From the IMG/VR virus record IMGVR_UViG_3300045988_081432, positions 1-64,000 of that record: a DNA stretch of 64,000 nt, one strand, 5' to 3'. The notes beneath the pieces were generated by a model. The model worked only from the letters and a program-made list of their open reading frames with translations, was not told the origin of the DNA and made no database searches. A program made the translations under genes and the position numbers. This stretch comes from a virus. Below, in pieces: positions 8,800 to 17,333 of this stretch; within the stretch, counting starts at the first letter, position 1; each line of letters begins with the position of its first letter.

Positions 8800-11625
8800 T
8801 TGTCAAAAATTGACCTATTCTATACTTTGAAATTAAACACGTCTGATATTTATGAACAAATTGCAAAAAATGGTTGCGTTGAAACAGACTTTAAAACAGC
8901 GAAGAATGCTGGCTGGGTGGTTGCTCTTGGTGATAATCAACTACTAAGATTTATTCGTCAGATTAAGGATAAACCTTTTGATAAAGAAAAGGTTCAAACT
9001 CTTTATGATAGGCGCAATATTTTAAAGCAAGACAAGAGTTCTAAGAAGAACGTAAGAGAAATTACAAAGATTCAGAATGAAATCAACGAACTACTATTTG
9101 TTCCAGACCTTGTGACAGTTAGAACTGATACTACGCAGAAGGATTATAAGCAGCTATGCAAGACTGGATTCTCTGTTAAATTTAAAGTGAATGATACAGA
9201 GTATGTAACAAAATATAAGCGTTTATGTGCTGGTGCTGGTCAGTTAAGAAAGAACTCTGCTAACTTTGTAAATGCAGAAATTTATGACCAGTTACTCAAT
9301 ATTATGCTTTGTGGTCTTGACGCAAAAAGTATAGGCAAGATTAATCTTGCTAAATTTGGAGCTTATCTTGCGCTGTCTACTTCTGCTACTAAAGTTGTTA
9401 AAACACCAAGAATCTGTGTTATTGACGATTATGAATATCCTTTAAAAGACCAAGTTGTTGATTGGATTTTCAAAAATGAAAAAGGTGAAGACGATATCAG
9501 AGCCGAGAAAATTGATTTTACGATGAACGCTTTTGACGGAGCTGGTATGGTTTGTCCCGAAATGGCTGAGAGATGGCAACAAGACTTAGGTCTGGATTAT
9601 TTACCATCAAGCTTTATTGTTCGAGCCGCATGGTTTAAAGGCGTTGCAAATTGCTTTGACTTTAGACGTTTTGCTCATGAGGTTGCCCATAAAGACACAA
9701 TTGTAGACATCTATGGAGTAACATATAATATTGACGACATTGATGTTATAGCAACAAAAAGTCAATTTAAACTGTGGAATAGATACCCTAATTTTCAGAT
9801 GTATCTAAGTTACTTCAAGAGATACGGTCATGTTTTTGGTATTGCGCGAGTAAACAAGCCAGAAAGTCAATTTGTGACAACTCTTAATTATCAGTATTTG
9901 CAAAGTAACAATTTCACAAAGGATTCTATTCAGAAGATTGCGGAACCTACTGTTAATTGGTTAAATAAAACAATGACTTGTGACCCCTTATACACTTATC
10001 TTATGATGATTGGTTATCATGAAGGGAATACAGTAGAACAACTTGAAAGAAAGGTGGATTCTTCTTTTGCAAAATGCCTTCTTTACAATATTGATATATT
10101 GAATGATGATTATGTTAGCAAAAAAGTAAAGAAACTAATTCAAACAAAGGTTGACCAAGCAAAAATCGGAAAGATTTATGTCGAGGGGTCTTATGACTTT
10201 TTGATTCCAGATTTATATGCTATGTGTGAACACGCATTCGGAATGGAAGTTCGTGGTTTACTTCCTGCCAAATGTATGTATTCAAAGCGTTGGGTAGATA
10301 AAGAAGCGAAAGTCATAAGTACACAACGTAGTCCTCTTGTTGCTCCTGCTGAGAATCAATTGCTCAATGTTTACTGTGATGATAAATGTAGGGATTGGTT
10401 TAGATATATTCAGTGTGGTAACATTTACAGTATTTGGGATTTAACGATTATTAGCCAATCCGATGCGGATTTTGACGGAGATATTGCAATGACCTCAGAT
10501 AATAAATATCTGGTAGATTCGATTGACCCAACTCTCCCAATTATTACTTATGAAAAACAAAAAGTTAAATCACAAAAAATTAATTTTGATAACTTAGGCT
10601 CTTTTGATGTAAAGAGTTTTGATAGTCCAATTGGAGGGATTACAAATCTCGCAAGTAATCTTTATGCTCTAAAAGAATTATTTGATAAAAATTCCAAAGA
10701 ATATGCAGAGATAGAAAAACGTATTAGAATGCTGCGTTTTTATCAGGGAACGGCAATTGACCATGCCAAGGGCTGCGTGTACAGCCCGCCCAACAAAAAT
10801 TGGTCTCATCGTCAGAAATACATTTCAATTACTGATAATATGACCGAAGAACAGAAACAAGAAGCTCAAAAACAAAACGAAAAAATCAAGTTCGAGAATA
10901 GTATTTGCTGTGATAAGAAGACTTATTTCTTTGGATACGTTTACCCACAGAAAATGAGAGAATTAAAATCTTATAAGAAAAGATATAAAAATCTTTGTAG
11001 GATGAAGTTTGGAATGAAGCTTCCAGAACTTCAAGGTAAAGAAGATAAAACAGAACAAGAAAAGAAATTTATCCGTGATTATTATAAATATATGCCACTA
11101 TTTAATTCTAATTGTGCGATGAACAATCTTGCCAAATATATTGAAGATTTTGAATTTAGTAAGAACAAGACGGAAAAATATTTTGATTATTCTTGTCTAA
11201 TGTCAGATAGAAACAGAGAGTTTAAGCCAGCCATTTGCAAGAAAATTAAAACTATCATTACAGATTTCAAAACAAGTTATGCAGTTTACACAAAGTCTTA
11301 TTGTTACGACAGGGATTATAATTTCTTTTCTGACGCAGCCAAAGAAAATAGAAGTTCATATTTTGATGAGCTGTTTAACAATTTCAAAGAAATTCTTGAA
11401 GAAGTTTTATCTAACGAAGAAGAGCTTGTTGATTATATGATTTATGTGTATTACAATCAACTCCCTTCTGTAGATAGGGTTTTGCTCTGGCAGGTTTATC
11501 CAGATGTAATTCTAAATAACGTAAAGAAAAACTCCAAATGCCATTATGAACTTGAAGAATCGGATGATGGTCAAGATTTTTTTGGAAAGAAGTTTGTTTT
11601 GAAGGAGGTTCAGAATGACGTTTAA
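8800..11625 (+). CDS. single-subunit two-barrel RNA polymerase, RDR/QDE-1/YonO-like
   Basis: Three blocks in the order seen in eukaryote-type RdRPs and SPbeta YonO: AFDGAGMVCPEMA (about 9529), PSSFIVRAAWFKGVA (about 9610-9650), and TQRSPLVAPAE followed by SDADFDGD (DADFDGD at 10462-10482; compare NADFDGD of beta-prime). TTG start. Confidence 0.7.
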   Translation: MSKIDLFYTLKLNTSDIYEQIAKNGCVETDFKTAKNAGWVVALGDNQLLRFIRQIKDKPFDKEKVQTLYDRRNILKQDKSSKKNVREITKIQNEINELLFVPDLVTVRTDTTQKDYKQLCKTGFSVKFKVNDTEYVTKYKRLCAGAGQLRKNSANFVNAEIYDQLLNIMLCGLDAKSIGKINLAKFGAYLALSTSATKVVKTPRICVIDDYEYPLKDQVVDWIFKNEKGEDDIRAEKIDFTMNAFDGAGMVCPEMAERWQQDLGLDYLPSSFIVRAAWFKGVANCFDFRRFAHEVAHKDTIVDIYGVTYNIDDIDVIATKSQFKLWNRYPNFQMYLSYFKRYGHVFGIARVNKPESQFVTTLNYQYLQSNNFTKDSIQKIAEPTVNWLNKTMTCDPLYTYLMMIGYHEGNTVEQLERKVDSSFAKCLLYNIDILNDDYVSKKVKKLIQTKVDQAKIGKIYVEGSYDFLIPDLYAMCEHAFGMEVRGLLPAKCMYSKRWVDKEAKVISTQRSPLVAPAENQLLNVYCDDKCRDWFRYIQCGNIYSIWDLTIISQSDADFDGDIAMTSDNKYLVDSIDPTLPIITYEKQKVKSQKINFDNLGSFDVKSFDSPIGGITNLASNLYALKELFDKNSKEYAEIEKRIRMLRFYQGTAIDHAKGCVYSPPNKNWSHRQKYISITDNMTEEQKQEAQKQNEKIKFENSICCDKKTYFFGYVYPQKMRELKSYKKRYKNLCRMKFGMKLPELQGKEDKTEQEKKFIRDYYKYMPLFNSNCAMNNLAKYIEDFEFSKNKTEKYFDYSCLMSDRNREFKPAICKKIKTIITDFKTSYAVYTKSYCYDRDYNFFSDAAKENRSSYFDELFNNFKEILEEVLSNEEELVDYMIYVYYNQLPSVDRVLLWQVYPDVILNNVKKNSKCHYELEESDDGQDFFGKKFVLKEVQNDV

Positions 11626-12370
11626 TGAATATGAACGTGCAGAAGAGCTTGAGGAAAAACAAAAGTTTTCAGATAACATCTATCAGGATGGGACTCTTCT
11701 TCTAAGATATTATAAAACAAACGGTTTTACAAAAGAAGAAGCAGAGCAAAAACTCTTTGTATTTTTCAAAAACATAAATGGTAAGATTAACGAAGAATTT
11801 AAGAAGCAATTTCTGTCTGATATTATGAATATATGGGATTCTGCTCAGATTATTGAAAACAATCCTGTATATTTTTATAAAGAAGAGATGGATGTTATAA
11901 GAACGATTAAAAGAAAAATTGAACGTAAAATTTTGTTTGCCCTTATGTATATTCAAAAAGCCTCTGGTCAAGAATTATTTGAAGCATCCGTAACGGACAT
12001 TAATAGGCTTTGTATTAAGAGGGTAGATTCTAATACAATGTACGATTGCTTGCATGAGTTGGAAGAAAATGGATTTACTAAGTATTCTAATTTTAAAGGC
12101 GAAAACAAGATACAGATTGTACATCCTTTGTTAAATTGTCACCATACATCCGAACCAGTTATTACAATTATTGATAAGCACAATATAATGAATTATTATT
12201 GGAACTATGTCGGAGAGGGAAAATTTGCTATTTGCAAGAACTGCGGTAAATTAGTCCCAGTCACTTCATTTCATGTTGATTATTGTGAAAAGTGTGCAAA
12301 AGAAAAGTACCTAGAGAAGAATGTAAAATACAATAAGAAACGCAATAATCTCAAAACAACGACCGAGTAA
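11615..12370 (+). CDS. hypothetical protein with C-terminal zinc ribbon
   Basis: 251-aa ORF, RBS GAAGGAGG, CKNCGK...CEKCAKEK at the C-terminus. Confidence 0.55.
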   Translation: MTFNEYERAEELEEKQKFSDNIYQDGTLLLRYYKTNGFTKEEAEQKLFVFFKNINGKINEEFKKQFLSDIMNIWDSAQIIENNPVYFYKEEMDVIRTIKRKIERKILFALMYIQKASGQELFEASVTDINRLCIKRVDSNTMYDCLHELEENGFTKYSNFKGENKIQIVHPLLNCHHTSEPVITIIDKHNIMNYYWNYVGEGKFAICKNCGKLVPVTSFHVDYCEKCAKEKYLEKNVKYNKKRNNLKTTTE

Positions 12371-12459
12371 TTTTCAAAAAATCTAGGAATGAAGCCACTT
12401 TTCAGACTTTTTATGCAAATTCTTATAATGAATAGGGAAACATAGAAAGTTACTATTTG

Positions 12460-12490
12460 CAGACCAGTATTTCGCTGGTCTGTTTTTTAT
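12460..12490 (+). terminator. Rho-independent terminator
   Basis: CAGACCAG / TATTTCG loop / CTGGTCTG followed by TTTTTTAT. Confidence 0.75.
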
Positions 12491-12541
12491 TTATGAGCAA
12501 GCGGAATTAAACAACCGCCCAAGTGAATTAAAAGGAAAATA

Positions 12542-12718
12542 ATGATTAAGATTTCTCGCTCTGATATGGAAGCGCTACGCAAAGTTGGTCTAATCAAAGA
12601 AGGTAGTGAGCGTAATTATACTGTCACTAACCGTAAGAAGCATAGTTCACAGAAAGACTATTATATTGTTGAAGACCGTAAGATTCTTGCATTTCTAAAT
12701 CGCAAAAAGGAATACTAA
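12542..12718 (+). CDS. small hypothetical protein (58 aa, below the ORF-track cutoff)
   Basis: ATG preceded by AAAGGAAAATA. Translation MIKISRSDMEALRKVGLIKEGSERNYTVTNRKKHSSQKDYYIVEDRKILAFLNRKKEY. Fills an otherwise empty gap. Confidence 0.45.
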   Translation: MIKISRSDMEALRKVGLIKEGSERNYTVTNRKKHSSQKDYYIVEDRKILAFLNRKKEY

Positions 12719-12739
12719 TACGATTGGAGGAATTGTAGA

Positions 12740-13363
12740 ATGAATTATAAAACTCCAATTCGTAATGATGGAGAAATGGTAGAGCAGCAGATTCTACTAT
12801 CTGGCAATAACTCCATCAAGAAAAATCTAGCAATTTATCAGCGTAAGATTCTGATTAATCAAGAAATTACGAATGAGTCTATCACAGAAGCTATCTATTA
12901 TCTATATACACTTATGGACTTGGATAGAGAAGAGGGAGTAGAGAAGAATCCAAAACCTATTGATATCCTTCTAAATACTCCGGGCGGGTCTGTATGGGAT
13001 GGTCTCATTCTAGTTTCTCTTATTGAACAGATGAAAGACATGGGATACACTATCAACACAACTGCTATTGGTACTGCCGCTAGTATGGGTTTTATTATCT
13101 TTATCACTGGTTCTAATCGTTATTCTTATCGTCATGCACAATTTATGTTGCATGACATTTCCACGATGATGGGCGGCAAGGTAAAAGACCTAGAGGAATC
13201 TATGGAAGACCTAAGAAAGTGTCAAAAACAAGTGTTTGATATTATTAAGAAATATACCCATGTTCCTGATGAAAAGTTAAAAGAGTGGATAGACCATAAA
13301 CGGGATATGTTCTTTTATCCTGATGAAGCTGTCGAATTAGGAATCGTAGATAAGGTGCTTTGA
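12740..13363 (+). CDS. clpP: ClpP-family serine protease
   Basis: TPGGSVWDGL, GTAASMGFIIFITG (Ser), FMLHD (His), RDMFFYPDEAVELGIVDKV (Asp) match the ClpP catalytic-triad context. RBS GGAGG. Confidence 0.8.
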   Translation: MNYKTPIRNDGEMVEQQILLSGNNSIKKNLAIYQRKILINQEITNESITEAIYYLYTLMDLDREEGVEKNPKPIDILLNTPGGSVWDGLILVSLIEQMKDMGYTINTTAIGTAASMGFIIFITGSNRYSYRHAQFMLHDISTMMGGKVKDLEESMEDLRKCQKQVFDIIKKYTHVPDEKLKEWIDHKRDMFFYPDEAVELGIVDKVL

Positions 13364-13410
13364 GCAAGCGAGGATAAACTCTCGCCCAAGGGATTGAAAG
13401 GGATAAGTAT

Positions 13411-13878
13411 TTGAATAATACTAAGAATACTAAAGATATTGAAATGACCGAAACCATTGCCGTGGAAGATATGTCTAAGGAACAACTAGTTCAACTATTC
13501 TATAAGCTGGCTGATGAGGGTCGTTTCGACGACGAAGATATTGATGATTGTGATGGTTGTCACTGTTGCGAAGATGACGATGACATGGGTGATATTGTAG
13601 ACCCTGTTATTGGATTCAACCTAGAGAATGTTATTGATTCTGAATTTGATGCAGAAGAATTTAACAAAGGTATTAAGTCGATGAGTTTTGTGGCTGGTCA
13701 ACTGATGGCGCTACAAAACGCTGGTATTAAACCTCAGAATGCTCTTGAGTATCTACACGCCACTCATTCTCAGGACAGTGATTGCGAATGTGCAAAGCAC
13801 GTTGCAGAACTACAAGCCGCTGTTAATGAAAAGGCTGAGAAGAAGAATCTAATTGAAAGTAAGAAAAATATAGCTTAA
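13411..13878 (+). CDS. highly acidic hypothetical protein
   Basis: 155-aa ORF (TTG 13411, or ATG 13443) with the D/E-rich stretch FDDEDIDDCDGCHCCEDDDDMGDIVD. Confidence 0.5.
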   Translation: MNNTKNTKDIEMTETIAVEDMSKEQLVQLFYKLADEGRFDDEDIDDCDGCHCCEDDDDMGDIVDPVIGFNLENVIDSEFDAEEFNKGIKSMSFVAGQLMALQNAGIKPQNALEYLHATHSQDSDCECAKHVAELQAAVNEKAEKKNLIESKKNIA

Positions 13879-13943
13879 ATGCTATATTAAATTTATATTA
13901 TATAAGTGGCTATAAGCCACAGGAATTTAAAGGAGTAAATATT

Positions 13944-14213
13944 ATGACTAGTTCTACTATTGTTAAGATGATTGCTGACAATACCGATTATACTCAGAAG
14001 GATATTAAGGCATTTCTAGCCGCTGCCGAACCTGTTCTGCTAGAAGCACTAAAGGATGGTGAGTCCTTTAAGATTATGGATGTCACTGTTTCTCTGACTG
14101 ATGTTGCAGAACGCACCGCTCGTAATCTACAGACTGGCGAGATGATGACCGTCCCTGCTCACAAGAAAGTTTCCTTTAAGCCCTCCAAGGCTCTCAAGGA
14201 AGCCGTAAAGTGA
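13944..14213 (+). CDS. hup: HU/IHF-family DNA-binding protein
   Basis: 89 aa. ERTARNLQTGEMMTVPAHKKVSFKPSKALKEAV is the typical HU arm and C-terminus. RBS AAAGGAG. Confidence 0.85.
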   Translation: MTSSTIVKMIADNTDYTQKDIKAFLAAAEPVLLEALKDGESFKIMDVTVSLTDVAERTARNLQTGEMMTVPAHKKVSFKPSKALKEAVK

Positions 14214-14568
14214 TTTAACCAAAGATTGATACACTGGTGTTTCGCCACCAATATTAAGTGCGAACCGTTATAAGCGGGTAATCCACCACCTAGAAACAGA
14301 AGAGTGGAGTTTTATGTTTAGTCGGTATGGAGACTTTAAACTCATGTAAAAAGTCACGGAATCGACTTAAAATTATCCAATGGTGAGCCACTACCAATAA
14401 GTGGGGAATTAAAAAAGCGGTAACTCTGCCGTGCAAACTATTTCTTAAATTATTAGCGGGTGCAACGCTTAGAATATTGCACACTTGTATGTATTCTACC
14501 GGATACTGCTGGACATGGTTTGCTAAAATGAATATCGCTGGCATACCGATTAAAGTATGCTTATATGT

Positions 14569-14645
14569 CGCAGAATAGCCCAATCAGGTACGGCGCTTGG
14601 CTCATACCCAAGAGATTCTTCGTTCAAATCGAAGTTCTGCACCCA
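14569..14645 (+). tRNA. tRNA-Met (anticodon CAU) with encoded CCA and a C1:A72 mismatch
   Basis: Cloverleaf folded by hand. Acceptor CGCAGAA/TTCTGCA (6 bp plus C:A). D arm GCC/GGC with a GG loop. Anticodon stem CTTGG/CCAAG with loop CTCATAC. 5-nt variable loop. T arm CTTCG-TTCAAAT-CGAAG, then C-CCA. Confidence 0.8.
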
Positions 14646-14701
14646 ACAACAGAGAAATAGGATTCTCTGTTAAATTTAAAAGAAAAAGAGGATTTTCTAT
14701 T

Positions 14702-14995
14702 ATGCGTTTTTATTCTGATGTATGTCATAAGCTATTTGAATCACAGGAAGAGCTAGAAAAAGCTGAAAAGGCTCTAGTTCAAAAGAATGATGAAGAAGCT
14801 AAGAAGAAGGCTGAGCGCAAGGCTGATGCCGACAAGGTTCAAAAGGCTTACGACGAAGTGTTTAAAAAGTACGACGAGTATTGCAAGCTAGTTGATGAGT
14901 TTGTAAAGAAGTACGGTTCTTATCATACTACGATTGACAAGCCAATTCATCTTAATGATGTACTACGGTCTTTTGCGGATGTATTTTGGTTTTAA
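14702..14995 (+). CDS. hypothetical coiled-coil protein
   Basis: ATG at 14702 with RBS AGAGGA. The longer track ORF (14597) would start inside the tRNA. Confidence 0.5.
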   Translation: MRFYSDVCHKLFESQEELEKAEKALVQKNDEEAKKKAERKADADKVQKAYDEVFKKYDEYCKLVDEFVKKYGSYHTTIDKPIHLNDVLRSFADVFWF

Positions 14996-15023
14996 CTATT
15001 AAAATTATAGAATTGGAGGTAAT

Positions 15024-15551
15024 GTGATGTCTGAGAAAGTCGAGATTTTTCACTTTGATGATATCGCTAATAGTTATCACGGCGAATCTCTATATTGTGG
15101 GCTAAGTTCTTCACTAAGCCTCCAAGTTGATAAAGATTGTACAATAACAGTTTTTGGACAAATTAATCCTCGCTCTGGTGAATATTTTCAGTTACAGGTA
15201 TTAAATGAAGAGACAATGAAAGCTTCTCCAAATATTACTTCTGCTGGAAATTATTTTGTTCATATTGCCGGATGTTATCGTGTTAAATTTCAAGTAGAAA
15301 ACGCTACTGATGTAAAAGTCGCTGGTGTATTCGGGAAATACCATTATCCGTCTGCGGAAGTAGACTTGGACGATTATGCTTCTATTGAATATGTAGACAG
15401 CAAGTTGGGTGTTGCAACGGAAGAAGAATTTAGAGAAATGCTTGAAGAAGTTCTAAATACTCCATCTACAAGTGCTGTATTTAAAGATGGAAATCTAACT
15501 ATTAATAATTTTTCTTATGATGATGGCACAAAGAATTTTAATATTGAATAA
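15024..15551 (+). CDS. hypothetical protein
   Basis: 175-aa ORF. GGAGGT RBS, then GTG-ATG (15024/15027). Confidence 0.55.
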   Translation: MMSEKVEIFHFDDIANSYHGESLYCGLSSSLSLQVDKDCTITVFGQINPRSGEYFQLQVLNEETMKASPNITSAGNYFVHIAGCYRVKFQVENATDVKVAGVFGKYHYPSAEVDLDDYASIEYVDSKLGVATEEEFREMLEEVLNTPSTSAVFKDGNLTINNFSYDDGTKNFNIE

Positions 15552-15687
15552 TTTAAAATAATACATTTAAACAAATAGCGGTTTTCCGAAAGGTCGTAAT
15601 TAACGCCTATATTGCGTTCCCGCATTTTATATAAATATTAAACATAATCTACATCATAACAAGATATACTATCTTGGTGGTGTTTTT

Positions 15688-16350
15688 ATGGAAATTGATG
15701 GTAAAAAGGTTGCTTCTACTGGGACTACTGCTTTAGGAATTATTGGTACTGTACTCGGAGGCACAGCATTGGCTGGTCAACTAGGTGCTAATGGTGGTAG
15801 TGGTGGCTCTCCCAACGGTGGTGGACTTCTAGGTGGTCTATTTGGCGGTGGCAATAACAATACCTGTTATGTTACCGAAAAAGAGTTCTATCAGAATCAA
15901 CTAGCCGATACTAATATTATGTATCAGAATCTAATGAATACAAATAGCGCTCTGTGCGAACTAAGCCAACGTGTTGCAAGCGACGAGGTTTCTATCGCTA
16001 AGAACTTTGAAATTGCTGCACTAAATAGTGAATGGCAGCAGAAGATGAACGACAAGCAGTTTACTTGTGTTGATGAGAAGATGCAGTGGATGGATAAGTT
16101 TATGAAGGCTTATGTTGATTCTGCCACTTGCGACTTTATCAAGGCAAAGCATTATCTCTCTCCTTCTGACCTTGCTGACCCTTACACTAATACTTCTCAG
16201 GCAATTGTATCTGTTCCTACCTATCAGTTTACAACTACTGCTTGTGCAGCGAATTACTGCAATCCTTATTTTGTAAGCGGCACTGCTTATGCAAATGGCC
16301 CTGCTTACACTAATACTGGTTGTGGTTGCAACGGTGGACTTACTTTCTGA
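15688..16350 (+). CDS. hypothetical Gly-rich membrane or secreted protein
   Basis: Hydrophobic and Gly-rich N-terminus (ALGIIGTVLGGTALAGQLGANGGSGG...) and a Cys-containing C-terminus. Confidence 0.5.
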   Translation: MEIDGKKVASTGTTALGIIGTVLGGTALAGQLGANGGSGGSPNGGGLLGGLFGGGNNNTCYVTEKEFYQNQLADTNIMYQNLMNTNSALCELSQRVASDEVSIAKNFEIAALNSEWQQKMNDKQFTCVDEKMQWMDKFMKAYVDSATCDFIKAKHYLSPSDLADPYTNTSQAIVSVPTYQFTTTACAANYCNPYFVSGTAYANGPAYTNTGCGCNGGLTF

Positions 16351-16444
16351 TTAAGTTCTAATTAATCTTTATTGTGGGACAAGTATTCCACAGAATAACA
16401 TTATATACATTTTTACTTATTTTTTTACAAGCGGGTGAAGATTT

Positions 16445-16978
16445 ATGAACTTCACAAATCCAAGTCCTCTTATTGGAGGTATGCGTTCTCCACAGAATGT
16501 TATGCCAGTAGATGTAGGAGGAACACAAAATCAATATCAGAATCAATATCAAAGAAATATGTCGCCAGAACAGTGGGAGTATGTACAACAGGTTCGTAGA
16601 ACTGGTTATGACCCAAATATGATGCCTCAAGTACAGCAACCACAACAGCCAGAACAGTCTGACCCTTATAATGATTTTATTACAGAGTTTAATCAGTGTT
16701 CTAACGTAGTTCAGGCAAGTATATTAGAAAATCCTGAATTTAAACAGTGCATGGCTGAATGTGACAAAAAGATTCAGGCAACTATGGAGGCTCTAGTACG
16801 TCCACAGGTTATGCAGACACAAGATGGTCGTGTAGCTTTCGAGAGGTTGTTAGCGTCTTTCCGTGGTGTCAGAGACCAAGCAAAGCAGCAAGAAGCTCAG
16901 AATATGCAAAGAATACAAGCGTTAATGAATGATGACGTTGTTCGTAAGCGTATTGAAGAGTTAGAGAAGAATAAGTGA
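16445..16978 (+). CDS. hypothetical Gln-rich protein
   Basis: 177-aa ORF with a Q-rich N-terminal half. Confidence 0.5.
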   Translation: MNFTNPSPLIGGMRSPQNVMPVDVGGTQNQYQNQYQRNMSPEQWEYVQQVRRTGYDPNMMPQVQQPQQPEQSDPYNDFITEFNQCSNVVQASILENPEFKQCMAECDKKIQATMEALVRPQVMQTQDGRVAFERLLASFRGVRDQAKQQEAQNMQRIQALMNDDVVRKRIEELEKNK

Positions 16979-16988
16979 GGTGCTTGCT

Positions 16989-17288
16989 ATGATTTCTGAT
17001 AAAGAACTTTTTAAACAGATGGCCGACCGTGATGTTGTAAATCTATACCGTTATCTTATTTACAATCTTGCTGGTGGTACGAGTATTGCTACTTATGCAA
17101 GTTTGTTTGAAGATAAGATTTTGGGATATGCTAATATTGGTGTGGATAAAGCCTGTGATTGGCTGTTTGGTAAAGATGTCGGTTGTGACATTGACGAGGC
17201 GGCTGATATCGCACAAGCTGTTGTTTCTGATAAGATTGAAGAATACCGCAAACGTGTTAAAGAACAACGTGCGGCTAAAAATGCGTAA
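16989..17288 (+). CDS. hypothetical protein
   Basis: ATG 16989 lies 8 nt after AGTGAGG. The track start GTG 16980 is an alternative. Confidence 0.5.
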   Translation: MISDKELFKQMADRDVVNLYRYLIYNLAGGTSIATYASLFEDKILGYANIGVDKACDWLFGKDVGCDIDEAADIAQAVVSDKIEEYRKRVKEQRAAKNA

Positions 17289-17333
17289 TAACATTGTAAC
17301 ATAATTGATAGTCCTAATAAATAGGTGATTATT

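Noticed and set aside
14214-14568. A second tRNA or a tmRNA upstream of tRNA-Met
   Set aside because: Candidate arms (AAGTC/GACTT with an 8-nt loop, GAG/CTC with an 8-nt loop) do not give a cloverleaf, and no tmRNA-like 5'/3' pairing or tag ORF was found. The region is kept only as an unexplained non-coding stretch.
14290-14701. Track ORFs 14290-14583 (minus) and 14597-14701 (5' part of the plus ORF)
   Set aside because: Both overlap the well-folding tRNA at 14569-14645 and lack an RBS. The plus-strand gene has a proper RBS and ATG at 14702.
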